Assembly (NCBI GenBank): GCA_038143065.1
Contig: JAYQLI010000012.1
Coordinates: 32,001 to 96,000 of the forward strand
Reading direction: 5' to 3'
Source: Rhodospirillales bacterium
GTDB lineage: Bacteria; Pseudomonadota; Alphaproteobacteria; Bin95
Length of the DNA: 64,000 nucleotides
Part shown: piece after piece, positions 59,395-64,000 of the stretch
How the letters are laid out: each line of letters opens with the position of its first letter
Numbering within the stretch: position 1 is the stretch's first letter
Notes under the pieces: model-generated
What the model saw: only the letters and a program-made list of their open reading frames with translations
What the model was told of the DNA's origin: nothing
Database searches by the model: none
Position numbers and translations under genes: made by a program

Positions 59395-61086
59395 GCGAGC
59401 GCACAGTAGAACTCGATCCGATCCGTCTGGAAATTATCGCCAATGGTCTGCGCTCAATTGCGGATGAATGCTTTGTGGCGTTGATGCGGTCTTCGTATTC
59501 GACCAACATCAAGGAGCGCAAAGACCATTCCATTGCGATTGTAGACAAAGTCGGCCGTTTGGTTGTTCAGGCGGAACTGACCCTGCCCATTCACATCGCC
59601 TCGATGGGGGGATTGATGAAATGTGTGTTGGAAAAATTTGGCGACGACATCAATGAAGGCGATATCTTTGTAGCCAACGATCCACACACGGCGGGCGGCA
59701 CACACTTGCCTGATATTAACTACGCAATGCCGATCTTTATTGACGGCGAGATCGTAGCTTTTGTGTGCAACATCGCCCACCACGCCGATATCGGTGGTAT
59801 GGTTCCGGGTTCTATGGCGGGTGGCATGTCGGAGATTTATCAGGAAGGGCTGCGTATTCCCGCTGTCCGCCTGTTTAACAAAGGTATTTTGCAACAAGAT
59901 ATCATGGATATCATGTTGTTGAACGTTCGAGTTCCCGAAGAACGCCAAAGGCGATCACAACGCACAAATTGCGTCGTGTCGATTGGGCGAACGGCGGTTC
60001 AAAGAAGTTGTCGGAGTTCATGGATTGTCAAGCGTTGTGACAGCGTTTGATGAAATTATCAGCCGTACAAACCAGCGGATGAAAGACACTATCGCGCAGA
60101 TACCTGATGGAGTTTATGAATTCAAAGACTACATGGATTCAGATGGTCTCTCGACCTACGATATTCCGATTTGCCTGAAACTGACGGTTAAAGGCGAACG
60201 TATCCATCTGGATTTTGCGGGCACCAGCCCACAGGTTAGAGGTAACATCAACACGACATTAAATGCAGTACAGGCCAGTGTGAGTTATGCGTTGATCGGG
60301 GCATTAGACAGCGAAATGCCATCCAACCAAGGTGTGTTGGACGCGGTTGATATTTCATGTGGATCTGGCACGATTTTGAACTGTGTCTTCCCAGCCCCCG
60401 TAGCGGCGCGTGCGCATGCCTGCCAACGGGTGATTGATATTGTTCTTGGCGCCTTGTCCAAAGCGATCCCAGACAAGGTGATTGCAGCGGCGAACGGAGC
60501 CAATACAACGGCTGTTTTTTCGGGCGTCGATCCTCGCACTGGTAAACCGTATCTGTACTTTGAAACCATCGGAGGTGGTATGGGTGCACGGGCGACCAAA
60601 GACGGCAAAGATGGCGTTCAAGTTGGCATAACCAACACATCAAACCTGCCAGTGGAATCCATTGAACAAGAATACCCGCTGCGGGTCGAAGAATACGGCT
60701 TTGTCGAAAACTCTGGCGGCGCGGGTGAATTTCGTGGGGGCATGGGATTGCGCCGCGTGTTAACACCTGTGGACCATGAATGTGTGTTCAACGGCGCGGG
60801 CGAACGGTTCCGGTATCAACCTTGGGGGTTGTTTGGCGGCGAAGCAGGTGCGTCTGGCCAATTCCAGATCGAAGACGCTGATGGCATACGCCGTTTGGAC
60901 GACAAACCGAATGAGGTTGAAGTCAAACTGGGCACGCGCATAACAGTGGAAACACCGGGCGCGGGTGGCTATGGCAAACCTGCTAAGCGGAATGCAGAAG
61001 CTGTAAAACGAGACCAAGAGAGCGGAAAATATTCGCCAGAGTTCATAAAAGAAAACTATGCAGAAACCAACTTCGGGGAGCAATAA
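59391..61086 (+). CDS. Hydantoinase B / 5-oxoprolinase family subunit (one frameshift near 59950)
   Basis: SYSTNIKERKDHS, NDPHTAGGTHLPD, HHADIGG, EIYQEGLRIP, ETPGAGGYG. Confidence 0.93.
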
Positions 61087-61087
61087 C

Positions 61088-62125
61088 ATGCGTGTCTACT
61101 CTATGGTACGGCCCAAGAAACTGTCGGAAATGCCAGAAGCAATGGCACGGGCAGAACGGCTTGGCTATGACGGGACAACTTTGCTGGAACTGACTGTTCC
61201 ACCAACCTTGTCTGCTGCGGCTGGAGCGATGCTAACCAAAGATATCAAGATGATGTCTGGCGTTTTTGTTGCCTTTCCCCGTAGCCCGATGGCAACCGCC
61301 TATGATGCGTGGTCGTTGAATGAATTGTCGGGTGGGCGTTTCCAGCTTGGCCTTGGCAGCCAGATCAAGGCCCACATTACGCGCCGCTTTGGTATGGAGT
61401 ATTTGCCGGTGATCCGTCGGATGAAAGACTACATCAACGCTTTGAACGCAATTTGGGATTGTTGGCAGGATGGAACTAAACTGGATTATGATGGCGTGTA
61501 TTACAAACACAACCTCATGATACCGTATTACAACCCTGGCCCATTAACGACCGGCAAGCCGGAAATCCATTTGGCCGCGATCAACAAATTAATGTGTCGG
61601 TTGTGTGGTGAGGTTGCAAACGGCCATTTACCCGGTGATCCGATCACATGGAAATGGCACGAGGAAGTCATGTTGCCCAACCTTGAGATAGGTTTGGAAC
61701 GTTCCGGTCGCACGCTCAAAGACCTCGATCTGGGTGGCTATGGCTTCATCGGCTGTGCGACAAATACCGAGGGGCTGGATCGCGTTGCCAATGGTTTGAA
61801 AGAGCGGGTTGCATTATATGCGTCGACGCCAGAATATGCAGAAATGTTGTCAATGTTTGGTTGGTCGGTGAGCCAAGAAGATTTCGCCAATCTGTCCCGT
61901 CAAGGTAAATGGGCCGAAATGGGAAATCTGGTAACTGATGATATGCTTGAAGCCTATTCGGTGATTACAACACCGGAAGACCTGCCTTCTGCTTTGGCCA
62001 AAAGGTATGGTGGAAAAGTTGATCGCATCCCAATTGATGAAACATGGTTTGATGGTTTGACTGATGATCAAGTTGAAACACTGGTAACTGAAATTAAGAA
62101 AATACCCAGCCATGCTGACGGTTGA
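61088..62125 (+). CDS. LLM-class oxidoreductase (resembles the putative F420-dependent TIGR03617 family)
   Basis: VAFPRSPMATAY.AW.L..LSGGRFQLGLGSQIKAHITRRFG; YASTPEY. Confidence 0.85.
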   Translation: MRVYSMVRPKKLSEMPEAMARAERLGYDGTTLLELTVPPTLSAAAGAMLTKDIKMMSGVFVAFPRSPMATAYDAWSLNELSGGRFQLGLGSQIKAHITRRFGMEYLPVIRRMKDYINALNAIWDCWQDGTKLDYDGVYYKHNLMIPYYNPGPLTTGKPEIHLAAINKLMCRLCGEVANGHLPGDPITWKWHEEVMLPNLEIGLERSGRTLKDLDLGGYGFIGCATNTEGLDRVANGLKERVALYASTPEYAEMLSMFGWSVSQEDFANLSRQGKWAEMGNLVTDDMLEAYSVITTPEDLPSALAKRYGGKVDRIPIDETWFDGLTDDQVETLVTEIKKIPSHADG

Positions 62126-63623
62126 ACCCTTTCTTCAAAACGCCGATACCAGAGACTTTGCAGCTGAAGAATGGGATCGACTGTGCGCCCGTGATCCGTC
62201 AGCTTTGGCGGTTGCCGAAATTGACCGTGAAATCACTGTTGGTGAACTGATCAAACAGGCTCGTGTGCGGGCGGGACAGTTTATTGCACAAGGCGCGGAG
62301 CCAGGATCTCGGGTGATTGTTGCGCGCCCGAACGTGATCGAATTTGTGGTGGATTATCTCGCGGTTCGTCTTTGTGGTGCTGTATTGGTCAACCTTCCTT
62401 GGGCCGCAGGGACCAGCATCACGGAATTGGCAGAAATTCTGGACGCCAAAGTGGTTGTGCTGACCGAACATCTTGTTGGCGACAATCCTTTGTTTGATCA
62501 ACTGGGAGATCGTCGTTTTCGTGAAGATGAAACCACCGACATCGGACCAGAACGCCCTGTTGCACGGAGCGGCGAAGAATTGGCTTGGTTGGCCTGCACG
62601 TCTGGCACCACAGGTACGCCCAAGGCGGCGATGCATACGGGCGCCACGTGGCAGCGCCAAACCGAGGTATTTGCCCAACATTTTAGGCTGACCAAAGACG
62701 ACCCGATTTTGGTGTCTGCGCCTGTCGGTCACGCAGTTGCATTGTTGTTCGGTGTGCGGTTCTCGCTGTTGCTGGATTCACCGATGATTTTGGTGTCTCG
62801 TTGGAAAATCGACACGGCGGTGGATTTGATTGAGCGTTATAATTGTACCTTCACAGTTGCGCCGACGCCGTTTCTGATTGATATGGTTTCCTTTGCTGAA
62901 CAAAACGGCAACGAGCGAGTGAAATCGCTGAAATTCTTTCCATCTGCTGGTGCGCCTGTGCCACGCACATTGGTGCGTCGTGGCTTGGATGCTTTGCCCG
63001 GGTGTCAGGTTTGGTCCTATTTTGGAACGTCGGAAGCGGGCGCGGTAACGGCCTGCCCGTTGGACGCTGATTTGGAGAATCGTCTAGAGACAGATGGAAT
63101 AGCGATGCCCGGCACAACAACCCGTGTCGTTGATAATGAGCTGCAAGTGCACTGCCCTGAACAAATGATGACAGGGTATTGGAGCGGCGATCCGAATGGG
63201 CGGCTGCATGATGATGGCTGGTATCAAACTGGCGATGCTTGCGAACAGCGTGAAGATGGCTATATCAAGATGGTAGGACGTGCGCAGGATATCATTCTGC
63301 GTGGCGGAGAGAACATCTCACCGTTAGAGATCGAAAACACGTTGCTGAGCCATACTAGCGTCGAAGATGTTGCCATTATTGGCTATCCTGATGAGCGTCT
63401 GGGCTCTCGATTGGCGGCAGTAGTTGTTCAAACGGCTGATGTGACGCTGGACGATTTGCGTGATCATTGTAAAGGTGTTGGGCTTGATAAGGCAAAGTGG
63501 CCGGAATTCATGACATGCATCGACAAAATTCCACTGTCCGCAATTGGCAAAGTCCAACGCGGCGTTTTGGAAGATTACGTTTGGGATGAAGTCAAGAAAA
63601 CCGCAAAGAAAGGTGTTTCCTAA
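62112..63623 (+). CDS. AMP-forming acyl-CoA synthetase
   Basis: TSGTTGTPKA, FGTSEAG, WYQTGD, GRAQDIILRGGENISP, terminal GKV. Confidence 0.93.
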   Translation: MLTVEPFLQNADTRDFAAEEWDRLCARDPSALAVAEIDREITVGELIKQARVRAGQFIAQGAEPGSRVIVARPNVIEFVVDYLAVRLCGAVLVNLPWAAGTSITELAEILDAKVVVLTEHLVGDNPLFDQLGDRRFREDETTDIGPERPVARSGEELAWLACTSGTTGTPKAAMHTGATWQRQTEVFAQHFRLTKDDPILVSAPVGHAVALLFGVRFSLLLDSPMILVSRWKIDTAVDLIERYNCTFTVAPTPFLIDMVSFAEQNGNERVKSLKFFPSAGAPVPRTLVRRGLDALPGCQVWSYFGTSEAGAVTACPLDADLENRLETDGIAMPGTTTRVVDNELQVHCPEQMMTGYWSGDPNGRLHDDGWYQTGDACEQREDGYIKMVGRAQDIILRGGENISPLEIENTLLSHTSVEDVAIIGYPDERLGSRLAAVVVQTADVTLDDLRDHCKGVGLDKAKWPEFMTCIDKIPLSAIGKVQRGVLEDYVWDEVKKTAKKGVS

Positions 63624-63624
63624 T

Positions 63625-64000
63625 ATGGGAATGCGTCACAACAATCTGACGATTGATGACATACAGGAACGGATCAACCGCTCCAAATACCATCAATTAT
63701 TCCAACCAAAAGTGCTGGAACTGGACAACGAAATAGAAAGGCTAAAGCTGCGGGTATCGATGTGTGATGAGTTTGAACGCCAGCCAGAAACAAATCAGTG
63801 GCATGGTGGCGTAATTGGATCCTTGGTGGATATCACTGGATGCTATGCGTTGATGCTGGTCGCTGGTGGCCCGATGCTTACGCTGAATTTCAGCACGGAT
63901 TTCCTGCGCCTTGCAGTGTCAGACCATCTGTATGCCATTGCAACCGTGCGGCGCATTGGGAGCACAGTTGGATTTGTAGATGTTGAAATCGAAGATGATG
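63625..64000 (+). CDS. PaaI family thioesterase (runs off the window)
   Basis: Own translation MGMRHNN...QWHGGVIGSLVDITG...DFLR. Confidence 0.85.
   Translation, partial: MGMRHNNLTIDDIQERINRSKYHQLFQPKVLELDNEIERLKLRVSMCDEFERQPETNQWHGGVIGSLVDITGCYALMLVAGGPMLTLNFSTDFLRLAVSDHLYAIATVRRIGSTVGFVDVEIEDD

Noticed and set aside
50811-63557. Many antisense or alternative-frame ORFs in the ORF track
   Set aside because: They are shadows of well-supported genes in the same region.

Overview
Bacterial DNA, most likely a marine Rhodobacteraceae/Roseobacter-group alphaproteobacterium (inferred from the DctPQM, StcD-like, gcdH and cuckoo-like sRNA content). Genes in roughly 1-50.9 kb are broken by many single-base indels, most likely long-read errors, so many CDS boundaries were reconstructed by joining frames and are approximate. 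From about 51 kb on the sequence is nearly clean. Positions 1 to about 49.8 kb form a composite genomic island. It holds four tyrosine integrases, two copies of a tRNA(Leu)-type 3' end (att cores at 25092 and 34768), a third tRNA-end remnant at 49604 and a D5/DUF5906-like helicase with an ori-like iteron array. It also holds a duplicated unknown gene whose two copies both end in an SSB-like acidic tail with a terminal Phe. The metabolic cargo blocks are SDR+LysR, a StcD-like flavoenzyme, a 2OG oxygenase, a nucleoside ABC/catabolic operon, TRAP+dehalogenase+LeuCD, two adenylate cyclases, MetE-like, MipA, DLH, GSTs and DMT. The most striking unexplained signal is a family of degenerate palindromic sites with a period of about 45-46 bp (10-bp arm, 15-16 nt, 10-bp arm, 10 nt). 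They sit at seven cargo-module junctions, and backbone-derived direct repeats bracket single cargo genes. Together these suggest a cassette-type gene-capture system in satellite-like integrative elements. The right end carries a probable 2-aminoadipate/glutaryl-CoA operon (aminotransferase, gcdH, fused E1 alpha-beta, FabD-like, no E2/E3) and a MarR-controlled hydantoinase/LLM/CoA-ligase/PaaI operon.
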